DNA from: an uncultured Spirochaetales bacterium
GTDB lineage: Bacteria > Myxococcota_A > UBA9160 > SMWR01
Length of the DNA stretch: 64,000 nucleotides
Assembly (NCBI GenBank): GCA_964494795.1
Contig: CAZBSV010000078.1
Location: 7,713 to 71,712, forward strand
Reading direction: 5' to 3'
The notes under the pieces: model-generated
Database searches by the model: none
Seen by the model: only the letters and a program-made list of their open reading frames with translations
Told to the model about the DNA's origin: nothing
Translations under genes and position numbers: made by a program
In this document: positions 35,966 through 44,814 of the stretch, piece by piece
Layout: the number at the start of each line of letters is the position of its first letter
How positions within the stretch are numbered: the stretch's first letter is position 1

Positions 35966-37642
35966 TTAGGCGCTCTCCCGGCCGTCGTCGACGATCACGC
36001 AGTTCTTGCCGTCTGCCTTCGCGCGGTACAGCGCGCGGTCCGCGTCGTCGAAGAATTTTTTTCGATCGCCCTTGAACTGGGAGACGCCGACTGAAACCGT
36101 TACCCGCGTGAGGCGCATGGAATCGCCGAGGATGAAGGACGATTCGGCAATCGCAGTTCGGAGTTTTTCGGCGAGCTGGTAGGCGCCTTCCAGATTCGTA
36201 CCGGGAGCGAGCACGGCGAATTCCTCTCCGCCGTAGCGAGCCAGCAGGTCGCTCGAGCGCACGGCCGAGTTCATGATCAGCGCGAGCCCGTGTAGGAGTT
36301 CGTCGCCCGCGGCGTGTCCGAATCGGTCATTGAGCGACTTGAAGTCGTCGATGTCCACCAACAAAAGAGACAACGGGCTGGACGAGCGGGCTGCGCGCCG
36401 AATCTCGCGCGTGAGTTGATCCTGGAAGAATCGGTGATTGTGGAGCTTGGTGAGTCCGTCGGTGATCGAGAGCTGCTCGAGCAGTTCGTTGGCCTGTTGG
36501 AGCTTGATGTTGTGCGCTCTCAGGTTCTCGTAGCTCTGCTGGATCTCGTCCTGGTAACCGCGCACCCGGCGCAACATGTGGTTGAACGCGCCGATCAGAA
36601 CGCCGATTTCGTCCCGGGTACCGGGATCGGGAATTTCGAGATCGAAGTTCCCGTCCGCGACGCGACGCGCGCCTACCGACAGCGATTCGATCGGTTTGAG
36701 TACCGCCGACGTGATCCGATACGCGATGACACTGAGCGCGAGGACCACCGCCAGATCGATCAACAGCATCCGACGGATCAAGCTCAGAAGCGGCGCGTAG
36801 GCGATCCCAAACGGAATCTCGAACGCGACGTACCAGCTGGATTCGGCGACCGGATGCAGGCTGCTCATGATCTGCCGCCACGGCGAGCCAGTTTTCTCGC
36901 GGACGCGCGCATCCCTCGCGGCGCCGGCAGCGGGAATTTCGATTTGGCTCGGAATTTCCGCGCCGCCGGCCGCCGCGAGCACGTCGCCGGTTTCCGCCGC
37001 GAGCAGCATCACGCCCTCCGGGTGGGGCCGATGTTCCGACAGGAGATCTGCGAGTCGCTGCCGGTCGAAGGCTCCGATCGCGACCAGGTCGGCATCGCGC
37101 CCGCCCGCTGGCGACGCGGCAACGGCGGGAATCCGGGCGCCGTTCGCGTCGCGAATCGAGATCCAGTCCGCCGCGGCGAGCGATGCGTCGCTCGCGCCCG
37201 GGCAGGGGGGCGCGATGCCGGCCCGCGCCGATGCGGTCGCGCTGTGTCGGTCGCACAGCGCGACACCTTCGAGGTAATGGCTCCGCGCGAGCAGCGCGGA
37301 GAGTTCGGAATCGCCCGAGTCGGCGGTTGGGGCCGAGAGTTCGGAATCCCCCGAGTCGGCGAGCAGCTGCGCGAACTCGTCGCGCCCGGCCGAGAGCCAA
37401 GCGGCGGTTTCATCCGCCGCGCGCTGAGCGCCTTTCGGGTAGCGCTCGGCAATGGATTGCGTCAAAAAATCGCGGGTGGGGTGGATCGCCGCCCAGCTCA
37501 CGAGCAGAGCCGACGCGAAGCTCCCCACGAAGACCATCACCACGATTTTCGTGACGAGGCTGTTGATCGTCAGATCGTCTGATTGCGGGTCGATATCGGG
37601 CATGGGCCTTTTGGGGTTGCCGGTTGCTGATGCATCGACCAT
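35966..37642 (-). CDS. Membrane-bound diguanylate cyclase (periplasmic/sensor region, HAMP, GGDEF)
   Basis: RYGGEEFAVL active site with an RxxD-type upstream context, a HAMP-like segment after the second TM, and an N-terminal TM. Confidence 0.9.
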   Translation of the reverse strand: MVDASATGNPKRPMPDIDPQSDDLTINSLVTKIVVMVFVGSFASALLVSWAAIHPTRDFLTQSIAERYPKGAQRAADETAAWLSAGRDEFAQLLADSGDSELSAPTADSGDSELSALLARSHYLEGVALCDRHSATASARAGIAPPCPGASDASLAAADWISIRDANGARIPAVAASPAGGRDADLVAIGAFDRQRLADLLSEHRPHPEGVMLLAAETGDVLAAAGGAEIPSQIEIPAAGAARDARVREKTGSPWRQIMSSLHPVAESSWYVAFEIPFGIAYAPLLSLIRRMLLIDLAVVLALSVIAYRITSAVLKPIESLSVGARRVADGNFDLEIPDPGTRDEIGVLIGAFNHMLRRVRGYQDEIQQSYENLRAHNIKLQQANELLEQLSITDGLTKLHNHRFFQDQLTREIRRAARSSSPLSLLLVDIDDFKSLNDRFGHAAGDELLHGLALIMNSAVRSSDLLARYGGEEFAVLAPGTNLEGAYQLAEKLRTAIAESSFILGDSMRLTRVTVSVGVSQFKGDRKKFFDDADRALYRAKADGKNCVIVDDGRESA

Positions 37643-37765
37643 CGGGCGTGCCGGCTTGACCGCTTTTAGACCCGAAGAATCCAGATAAATCCATACTTTT
37701 CAGCCACTTACGCTCGAAGTCGGGCGGCCCCTGAGCGCGCAGCGGGAAGATCCGGATAACCCCTT

Positions 37766-37800
37766 GCAATTCCGATGAAATTCCCGATTTCGAGAATTGC
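37766..37800. promoter_or_regulatory. Nested AT-rich palindrome in the divergent GGDEF/pheA intergenic region
   Basis: GCAATTC-N21-GAATTGC with an inner GAAAT-TCCCG-ATTTC. Seen directly; function unknown. Confidence 0.25.
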
Positions 37801-37951
37801 GCGGGCTCGGGGCCTCCACTACCTTGCGCAAGGTTTTTCAGGGGGTTAGCGGAGTTTTCGACGCCCGCGGAACCTTCGAACGACCATCCCCCGACTTGCT
37901 CCGCAGCCGGTCGCCGTGTTGGCGGCGGGCGGGGGTCGCAACGGGAGCTGC

Positions 37952-39139
37952 ATGGCCGAGCCGGAACACTCGAATTCCGAACCTGCGGTGTCCGAATCCG
38001 CGACTCCCGCGACTCCCGCGACTTCCGCGACTTCCGCGACTTCGGATGGAAATTCGGAGCTCGCGCGCCTGCGCGAGCGGATCGACGCGGTGGATCGCGC
38101 GATTCTCGAGCAACTGAATCTGCGCGCGAAATGGGTGCTCGAGGTGGGTCGTCTCAAGCAGAGTCGCGGCAGCTGCGTGTACGAAGAAGGGCGCGAGAAG
38201 CGGATCGTGAGCAGCCTCGTCGAGAGCAATCGGGGCCCGTTCCCGGACAACGGACTGGCTCCGGTGTTTCGGGAAATCATCTCGGCGACCCGCTCGCTCG
38301 AGGATCGCCTTTCGATCGCCTACCTGGGACCCGAGGGCACGTTCAGCCACGAGGCTGCGAACCTCAAATTCGGTCGACTCGCGGAGCTCGAGCCGGTCCC
38401 AAGCATTGGAGACGTCTTCGCCGCCGTCGAACGCGGGAGCGTGAGCCTGGGAATCGTCCCGGTCGAGAACACGACCGAAGGCGTGGTCACCCAGACGCTG
38501 GATGCCTTCGCGGAGAGCGACGTGTTGATCTGCGGCGAGGTCTTGCTGCGAATTTCGAACCAGCTGGCTTCCCGAAGTGGCCGGCTCGCGGATGTTCGGC
38601 GGGTGGCGTCGAACCCACAGCCGCTCGCCCAATGTCGGCATTGGCTGGATCGCAACCTCCCGGGCGTCGAGCGGATCGAGACGCTCAGCACGACCGCGGC
38701 TGCAAAACTGGCTGCCGACGACGGCACGCTCGCCGCAATCTGCAGCGCGGGCGCGGCAGCGGGCAACGGACTTCGGATCATCGAGGCCTCGATCGAGGAT
38801 CGCCGCGACAACACGACCCGGTTCGTGGTGATCGGCAAGCAGATGCCGGAACCGACCGGCAACGATCTCACTTCCGCCGTGTTCACGATTCGCAAAGACG
38901 AGCCCGGTGGACTTCACCGGTTGCTGAGTCCCTTCGCCGACGAGGGGATCAATCTCACCTCGATTCAGCTGCGGCCGATCAAGGGCAAGCCCTGGGAGTA
39001 TCTGTTCTTCCTCGACCTGGAGGGCCACCAACGAGAGGAGCGGATCGAGAAGGCACTCTCGCTCGTCGCCAACATCGCGCACTCGCACCGTGTGCTGGGC
39101 TCCTTCCCGAGGGCGGATGTCGAACGGGGTCGGAGTTAG
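37952..39139 (+). CDS. pheA: Bifunctional chorismate mutase / prephenate dehydratase (P-protein)
   Basis: CM domain LARLRERIDAVDRAILEQLNLRAK; PDT domain IAYLGPEGTFSHEAA...TRF; C-terminal ACT domain. Start ATG 37952 (alternative 37916). Confidence 0.9.
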   Translation: MAEPEHSNSEPAVSESATPATPATSATSATSDGNSELARLRERIDAVDRAILEQLNLRAKWVLEVGRLKQSRGSCVYEEGREKRIVSSLVESNRGPFPDNGLAPVFREIISATRSLEDRLSIAYLGPEGTFSHEAANLKFGRLAELEPVPSIGDVFAAVERGSVSLGIVPVENTTEGVVTQTLDAFAESDVLICGEVLLRISNQLASRSGRLADVRRVASNPQPLAQCRHWLDRNLPGVERIETLSTTAAAKLAADDGTLAAICSAGAAAGNGLRIIEASIEDRRDNTTRFVVIGKQMPEPTGNDLTSAVFTIRKDEPGGLHRLLSPFADEGINLTSIQLRPIKGKPWEYLFFLDLEGHQREERIEKALSLVANIAHSHRVLGSFPRADVERGRS

Positions 39140-39143
39140 GGCG

Positions 39144-40241
39144 ATGGGTATCGACTCAATCATCAAGCCGCACATCCGGGATCTCGATCCCTACCAGCCC
39201 GGCAAGCCGATCGAGGAACTCGAGCGTGAACTCGGGCTCGAGGGCTGCATCAAGCTCGCCTCCAACGAGAGCCCGATCGGACCCTCGCCGAAGGCGATTG
39301 CCGCGATTCGCGCGGTGCTCGAGGGCGTGCACCGCTACCCGGACGGCGCGAGTTTTGCGCTGCGCAAGGGGTTATCGGCTCGACTTGCAGTCGATCCCGA
39401 GCAACTGGTCTTCGGCGCTGGCGCCGACGAGATCCTCGAGCTCCTCGCGAAGATCTTGCTCGGGCCCGGCGACGAGCTCGTCTACGCCTGGCCTTCGTTT
39501 GCGATGTATCCGGTGGTCGCCCAGGGCATGGGCGCAACCTCCATCCGTGTGCCGCTCACCGAGGATCTCACGCACGACCTTCCGGCGATGTCGGCCGCCG
39601 TCACGAAACGAACGCGACTGGTCTTCGTCTGCAACCCGAACAACCCGACCGGCACGAGCGTGGGCGCCGAGGCGTTCGATCGCTTCGTCGAGTCGTTGCC
39701 CGAAAACGTCGTGCTCGCGGTCGACGAGGCGTACTACGAATTCGTCCGGCGCCCGGATTTTCCCGACTCTCTCGCGTGGATCCGCCGCCGACCCGGCACG
39801 ATCGTATTGCGCACCTTTTCCAAGATCTTCGGTCTGGCGGGCTTGCGGATCGGTTTCGGGGTCGCGGATCGCGAACTCGCCGGCTACCTCCAGCGGGCGA
39901 GACATCCCTTCAACGTCAGTCGGCTGGCGGAGGTCGCCGCGCTCGCGGCGCTCGACGACGACGAGCACGCACAGCGCGCACTCGCGACCAACTGCGAAGG
40001 CGCCGACTACCTGCGCCGCGAGCTCGGCGCGCTCGGGATCGAGACCTGGCCGAGCGACGCGAATTTTCTGCTCGCCCGGGCGGGAGCCGGAACGGCCGAG
40101 CGCTTGCTGCGAGAAGGCATCATCATCCGGGCGCTGACGGGTTTCGGAATGCCCGATCACGTCCGCATCACTATCGGTCTTCCCGAGGAGAACGAGCGCC
40201 TGGTCAAGGCGTTGCGGAAGCTCAAGGAAAACGGACGGTGA
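39144..40241 (+). CDS. hisC: Histidinol-phosphate/aromatic aminotransferase (class II PLP enzyme)
   Basis: IKLASNESPIGPSP, YPDG, RTFSKIFGLAGLRIG (PLP lysine). Start ATG 39144 within track ORF 39090..40241. Confidence 0.9.
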   Translation: MGIDSIIKPHIRDLDPYQPGKPIEELERELGLEGCIKLASNESPIGPSPKAIAAIRAVLEGVHRYPDGASFALRKGLSARLAVDPEQLVFGAGADEILELLAKILLGPGDELVYAWPSFAMYPVVAQGMGATSIRVPLTEDLTHDLPAMSAAVTKRTRLVFVCNPNNPTGTSVGAEAFDRFVESLPENVVLAVDEAYYEFVRRPDFPDSLAWIRRRPGTIVLRTFSKIFGLAGLRIGFGVADRELAGYLQRARHPFNVSRLAEVAALAALDDDEHAQRALATNCEGADYLRRELGALGIETWPSDANFLLARAGAGTAERLLREGIIIRALTGFGMPDHVRITIGLPEENERLVKALRKLKENGR

Positions 40242-41188
40242 AGCCCCTCTTCGAACGGGTCGCGGTGATCGGACTCGGCCTGCTCGGTGGGTCGGTCGCC
40301 GCGGCGGCCAAGCGCAGCGGTGTCGCCCGCAGCGTGGCCGGATCCAGCCGCAGCGCAGACGCGCGCGCTTTTGCGCGCAGCCGCGATTGGGTCGACGAGA
40401 CCGGGTCGGCTCCCGAAGCCACGAACGGTGCAGATCTCGTCGTGCTCGCGACTCCGGTGTTTGCGATGGCGGACGTGCTGCGGGAGTTGGCTCCCTGGCT
40501 GCGCGCAGACGCGATCGTGACGGACGTCGGAAGTGTCAAGGCACAGCTCGCGGAGACGCTGCCGGGCCTGCTGCCCGCAGGCGTGTGCTACGTGGGTTCG
40601 CATCCGATGGCGGGAAGCCACGAGCGCGGGATCGAGCATGCGCGCGCCGATCTATTCGAGAATTCGCCGTGCGTCGTAACCGATTCCGGCGGAGCGGAAG
40701 CGCGCGCGCGAGTCTGTTCGTTCTGGCGCGCCCTCGGCGCGCGGGTCGTTCTGCGAGACGCGAGAGAGCACGACGACCAGGTCGCGTGGACGAGCCATAC
40801 ACCGCACATACTCGCATTCGCGTTCGCTGCGGCGTTGCGGCGTGCGCCGGAAGGCTCGGCGGACGTGACGGGCAGCGGATTCCGGGACTTCACGCGCATT
40901 GCAGAGAGCGACCCGGAACTCTGGGCTGACATCCTGTCCGCCAATCGGAAGGCTCTCGGTGTGCCGCTGGCAGCGGTCGGCGAGACGCTGCGCCAATTGG
41001 GCCAGGCCATCGAGGCGAACGATCTCGAGTCGGTCGAGCACTGGCTTGCGGGAGCGCGAGATGCGCTCGCGCTCGTAACAGGTTCGGCATCGCATGCAAG
41101 ATCGATGGATGAAGTTCATTCATCGAGTCAAAACACGAATCCCCCGACCGATGGCAGACACGCGATCGGGGCGAGAGAGCGAAGATAA
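40238..41188 (+). CDS. tyrA: Prephenate/arogenate dehydrogenase
   Basis: VAVIGLGLLGGSVA (NAD fold), TDVGSVK, GSHPMAG motifs. GTG 40238 overlaps the hisC stop (GTGA). The last ~35 aa are low-complexity. Confidence 0.85.
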   Translation: MKPLFERVAVIGLGLLGGSVAAAAKRSGVARSVAGSSRSADARAFARSRDWVDETGSAPEATNGADLVVLATPVFAMADVLRELAPWLRADAIVTDVGSVKAQLAETLPGLLPAGVCYVGSHPMAGSHERGIEHARADLFENSPCVVTDSGGAEARARVCSFWRALGARVVLRDAREHDDQVAWTSHTPHILAFAFAAALRRAPEGSADVTGSGFRDFTRIAESDPELWADILSANRKALGVPLAAVGETLRQLGQAIEANDLESVEHWLAGARDALALVTGSASHARSMDEVHSSSQNTNPPTDGRHAIGARERR

Positions 41189-41193
41189 AACTG

Positions 41194-42900
41194 ATGAATA
41201 AAGCAACCTCCAACAGCTCGGGCGAAACCTTCGCTGAGCTATTCGAAGCGACGAGCACGGCCCTCAAAGAGGGAGAAGTCGTCATGGGCACCATCCTTTC
41301 GATCGACGAGGATAATGTCCAGATCGACATCGGATTCAAGTCGGAAGGACTGATTCCGACCTGGGAGTTCATGGAAGACGACGGCAGTCTCCACATCAAG
41401 GTCGGCGACAGGGTCGACGTCCTGCTCGAAGAAGCCGAAGATGCGAACGGCCGGATCTCCCTGTCCAAGGAAAAGGCGGATCGACTCAAGATCTGGGATG
41501 ACATCAGCAGGGCCTTCAAGGCCGAGGAGCCCGTCGAGGGCGTCGTGATCGCGCGGGTCAAGGGCGGGCTGGCCGTCGACATTGGCGTCAAGGCATTTCT
41601 TCCGGGATCACAGGTCGACCTGCGCCCGGTTCGGAATCTCGAGCACATCGTCAATCAACGACTCAAATTCAAGGTCATCAAGTTCAACAAGCGGCGCGGA
41701 AACATCGTTCTCTCGCGCCGCGCGCTGCTCGAGACGGAACGCAAGCAGCTCCGCGAGGACACTCTCGGAACCCTCGCGCCCGGGCAGATCGTCGACGGTG
41801 TGATCAAGAACCTCACGGATTACGGTGCATTCATCGATCTCGGCGGGATCGATGGCCTGCTTCACGTGACCGACATGTCATGGGGGAGGGTGAGTCACCC
41901 GAGCGATCTGTTCCAAGTCGGCGACGAGATCAAGGTGAAGGTGTTGAAGTTCGACGCCGAGTCCGAGCGGGTTTCGCTTGGACTCAAGCAGATCCAGCCC
42001 GACCCGTGGATCGACGCGGGTATGCGCTATCCGATCGGAAAGCGCGTGGAAGGGAAGGTCGTCTCGCTCGCGGAGTATGGGGCATTCATCGAACTCGAGG
42101 CGGGAATCGAGGGTTTGATCCACGTGTCGGAGATTTCATGGACCAAGCGCATCAAGCACCCCTCGAAGGTGGTTTCGGTCGGCGACAAGGTGGAGGCTGT
42201 GGTGCTCGATGTCTCCGAGAAGGATCGAAAGATCTCGCTCGGGATGAAGCAGATCGAGCCGAATCCGTGGAGCGTGATCGAGGAGAAATACCCGATTGGA
42301 ACACGGGTGAACGGCACGATCCGCAACATCACGAATTTCGGAATCTTCGTCGGCCTCGAGGAGGGAATCGACGGACTCGTGCACGTGTCGGACATCTCCT
42401 GGACGGAACAGGTCAAGCATCCGGGAGAGAAGTTCAAGAAGGGCGACAGCGTCGAAGCGATCGTGCTCAAGATCGACAAGGAGAACGAGAAGTTCTCACT
42501 GGGGATCAAGCAGCTCGAGGCGAACCCCTGGGACGAGATCATCAAGAAGTATCCGGTCGGCAGCGAGGTCACAGGAGAAGTGACGAGCGTCGCCGATTTT
42601 GGCGCCTTCGTTCGACTCGAAGAGGGCATCGATGGTTTGATCTACAGTTCAGAGCTCTCGTCGGAGCGGGTCGAGAGTCCGGCTGATGTGGTGAAGCAGG
42701 GAGAGTCGGTCACGGCCATCGTCACCAAGGTCGATCCCGTGGAGCAGAAGATATCTCTCTCCATCAGGGCGCTGACGGATCGAGACCAGCGCGACGCGCT
42801 GAAGAAACTGGCAACGCAGCAGGCGCAGAAGCAAACGACGACCTTGGGAGACCTTCTCGCCGGGAAACTCGCGGGAAAGTCCGAAGAGAGCGACGAATAG
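41194..42900 (+). CDS. rpsA: 30S ribosomal protein S1
   Basis: Six S1 (OB-fold) repeats, e.g. GTILSIDEDNVQIDIGFKSEG and GVIKNLTDYGAFIDLGGIDGLLHVTDMSW. Confidence 0.96.
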   Translation: MNKATSNSSGETFAELFEATSTALKEGEVVMGTILSIDEDNVQIDIGFKSEGLIPTWEFMEDDGSLHIKVGDRVDVLLEEAEDANGRISLSKEKADRLKIWDDISRAFKAEEPVEGVVIARVKGGLAVDIGVKAFLPGSQVDLRPVRNLEHIVNQRLKFKVIKFNKRRGNIVLSRRALLETERKQLREDTLGTLAPGQIVDGVIKNLTDYGAFIDLGGIDGLLHVTDMSWGRVSHPSDLFQVGDEIKVKVLKFDAESERVSLGLKQIQPDPWIDAGMRYPIGKRVEGKVVSLAEYGAFIELEAGIEGLIHVSEISWTKRIKHPSKVVSVGDKVEAVVLDVSEKDRKISLGMKQIEPNPWSVIEEKYPIGTRVNGTIRNITNFGIFVGLEEGIDGLVHVSDISWTEQVKHPGEKFKKGDSVEAIVLKIDKENEKFSLGIKQLEANPWDEIIKKYPVGSEVTGEVTSVADFGAFVRLEEGIDGLIYSSELSSERVESPADVVKQGESVTAIVTKVDPVEQKISLSIRALTDRDQRDALKKLATQQAQKQTTTLGDLLAGKLAGKSEESDE

Positions 42901-43046
42901 AAGGGCGCGAGAAATAGGCTGGTGGTCTTCCGCGAGGGCGCATCGCTCGCCGTGGAAACCCGATATTCGAGCGCTGCACGGGTCCTGGGTGGCCAAGGTG
43001 GCGCCAGGAACGGAGACCGTGCCGTGTCGGACGGAGCCGAACGAGG

Positions 43047-43391
43047 ATGGGAATGACGAAAAGTGGGTTGATCGAAACGGTTGCCGAGGCGACGCCTCAT
43101 ATATCCAAGCGGGATACGGAGATCGTCGTCAACACGATCTTCGAATCGATGGCGCAAGCGCTGAAGATGGGCGAGCGGATCGAAATTCGCGGGTTTGGAA
43201 GTTTTCAGGTCAAGGTTCGCGAAGCCCGCGAGGGGAGAAACCCGAAGACGGGTGCTCCAGTGCACATTTCCGCCAAGCGAACGCCGTTCTTCAAGGTTGG
43301 CAAAGAACTGAAGGAGATGGTCGATGGGGATGAAGCCGCCGCGACCCCCACGTCGAAGGCCGGCTCCATCGCGAGCGATGGCTTGGCCTGA
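43047..43391 (+). CDS. ihfB: Integration host factor subunit beta
   Basis: MTKSGLIE...GERIEIRGFGSFQVKVREAREGRNPKTG...FKVGKEL is closely parallel to E. coli IhfB. The start may be the third codon (43053). Confidence 0.9.
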   Translation: MGMTKSGLIETVAEATPHISKRDTEIVVNTIFESMAQALKMGERIEIRGFGSFQVKVREAREGRNPKTGAPVHISAKRTPFFKVGKELKEMVDGDEAAATPTSKAGSIASDGLA

Positions 43392-43420
43392 CCGCAGGGA
43401 TCGAGCGGCGAGGGGGAGCG

Positions 43421-43777
43421 ATGCGACTTGCGCGCCGGTTGTTCGCGCTGCTGGTCTTCGTGGCGCTGCTCGTTGTGGGTTGGCAGTTTGCTGCTCGCAA
43501 CGCGCAGCCGATCGTCGTGCAACATCCGGCCGGAGAGTTCCAGGCACACGCGCTCTGGATGATCCTGCTGGTGGCATTCGCTGCGGGCGTCGTGCTGACG
43601 ACACTCGTCGCGACGTTCCGCGGCGCGCAGATCCGGCTCGTATCGCGACGCTATCGAAAGCTCGCCGATAGCCTGCAGGCAGAGGTCCACCAGCTTCGGA
43701 GCCTCCCGCTGTCCGACGAGCGGCAGACGCAGGAGCTGGGGCTGGGAATCTCTGCCGGATTGGAGCGGGGGTCGTAG
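43421..43777 (+). CDS. lapA: LapA-family (DUF1049) inner-membrane protein
   Basis: Two TM helices followed by a short basic coiled segment. Its position between ihfB and a LapB-like TPR gene matches the enterobacterial order. Confidence 0.65.
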   Translation: MRLARRLFALLVFVALLVVGWQFAARNAQPIVVQHPAGEFQAHALWMILLVAFAAGVVLTTLVATFRGAQIRLVSRRYRKLADSLQAEVHQLRSLPLSDERQTQELGLGISAGLERGS

Positions 43778-43782
43778 CTCGG

Positions 43783-44814
43783 ATGGGTTGGTTTTCGCGA
43801 GCGTTCGGGGGGGGCGCGCGCGGTCCGCGGAATCTCGAATCGGAGTTGTATTCCGCGCTCCTCTGCGTTCTCGATCGAGATTTGGATGGAGCCGAAGAAG
43901 CGCTGCTGCGCGCCGTGCGAAGCGATGCCGACGGCGTTGCTTCGCATCTAGCGCTCGCGCGCCTGTATCGCACGCGGGGTGAGATCGGCCGCGCGATTCG
44001 CGTTCACCAGAATTTGATGCTTCGCGAAGATCTGCCGAACGAGCAGCGTCTGACGGTGCTTGCGGATCTCGGTTCCGATTTTCGCCAGGGTGGATTCATT
44101 CAGCGAGCGATCGCGTGTTACGAGGACGCCATTGCGATCGACAAGCGCAATCCGAAAGCACTGGAGGCGCTGGTACAGTTGCACGCCGAGGCGGGCCAGC
44201 CTTTGCGCGCCATCGAGTGTCTGCGGAGATTGGCGAAGCTCGAGCGAAGCGACCGACGCGCTGAGGAAGCGCTCTTGTACGTCGAGACGGCGAAGGCCGA
44301 GCACGCCGAGGGCCATTGCGATGAGGCTCGCCGCGCAGCGAAGAAAGCGCTGCGCTGCAGCAAGGGCTGCGCGGCGGCGTGGGTTTTCTTGGGTGATCTG
44401 GAGGCGGAGCGCGGGCGCCCGAAAGCCGCGCTGGCGGCCTGGCTGGAGGTTCCACTCGCGGACGTTGCGAGTGGAACGCTCGTCTACGCGAAGCTCGAGG
44501 CGACTTACGCGGCGCTCGGGCGCGCCCGCGAATTTGAAACCTATCTGCGCGATCTTCTCGCACGACAACCCGACGATTCGAGCGCCCGACGGGCGCTGGC
44601 GGCCGCGCTCTCCGCTCGGGGCGAGATCGACGCCGGCGTCGCCGAGTTGAAAACGCTGCTCGCGCGCGATCCCGAGGATCTGGAGACACGGGCCGCGCTG
44701 GGGCGGTTGTTGCTGGCGGACAATCGGCTGCGCGACGCGGCGAGCGAATACGCTGTGATGATCGATGCGCTGGATCGCCGTGGGCTATTCGGTCGCGGGG
44801 AGAAAGCCGAGTGA
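43783..44814 (+). CDS. TPR-repeat protein, LapB/YciM-like but lacking the C-terminal rubredoxin-type zinc finger
   Basis: N-terminal hydrophobic segment, then multiple TPRs (LARLYRTRGEIGRAIRVHQNL...). No CxxC pairs at the C-terminus. Confidence 0.6.
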   Translation: MGWFSRAFGGGARGPRNLESELYSALLCVLDRDLDGAEEALLRAVRSDADGVASHLALARLYRTRGEIGRAIRVHQNLMLREDLPNEQRLTVLADLGSDFRQGGFIQRAIACYEDAIAIDKRNPKALEALVQLHAEAGQPLRAIECLRRLAKLERSDRRAEEALLYVETAKAEHAEGHCDEARRAAKKALRCSKGCAAAWVFLGDLEAERGRPKAALAAWLEVPLADVASGTLVYAKLEATYAALGRAREFETYLRDLLARQPDDSSARRALAAALSARGEIDAGVAELKTLLARDPEDLETRAALGRLLLADNRLRDAASEYAVMIDALDRRGLFGRGEKAE

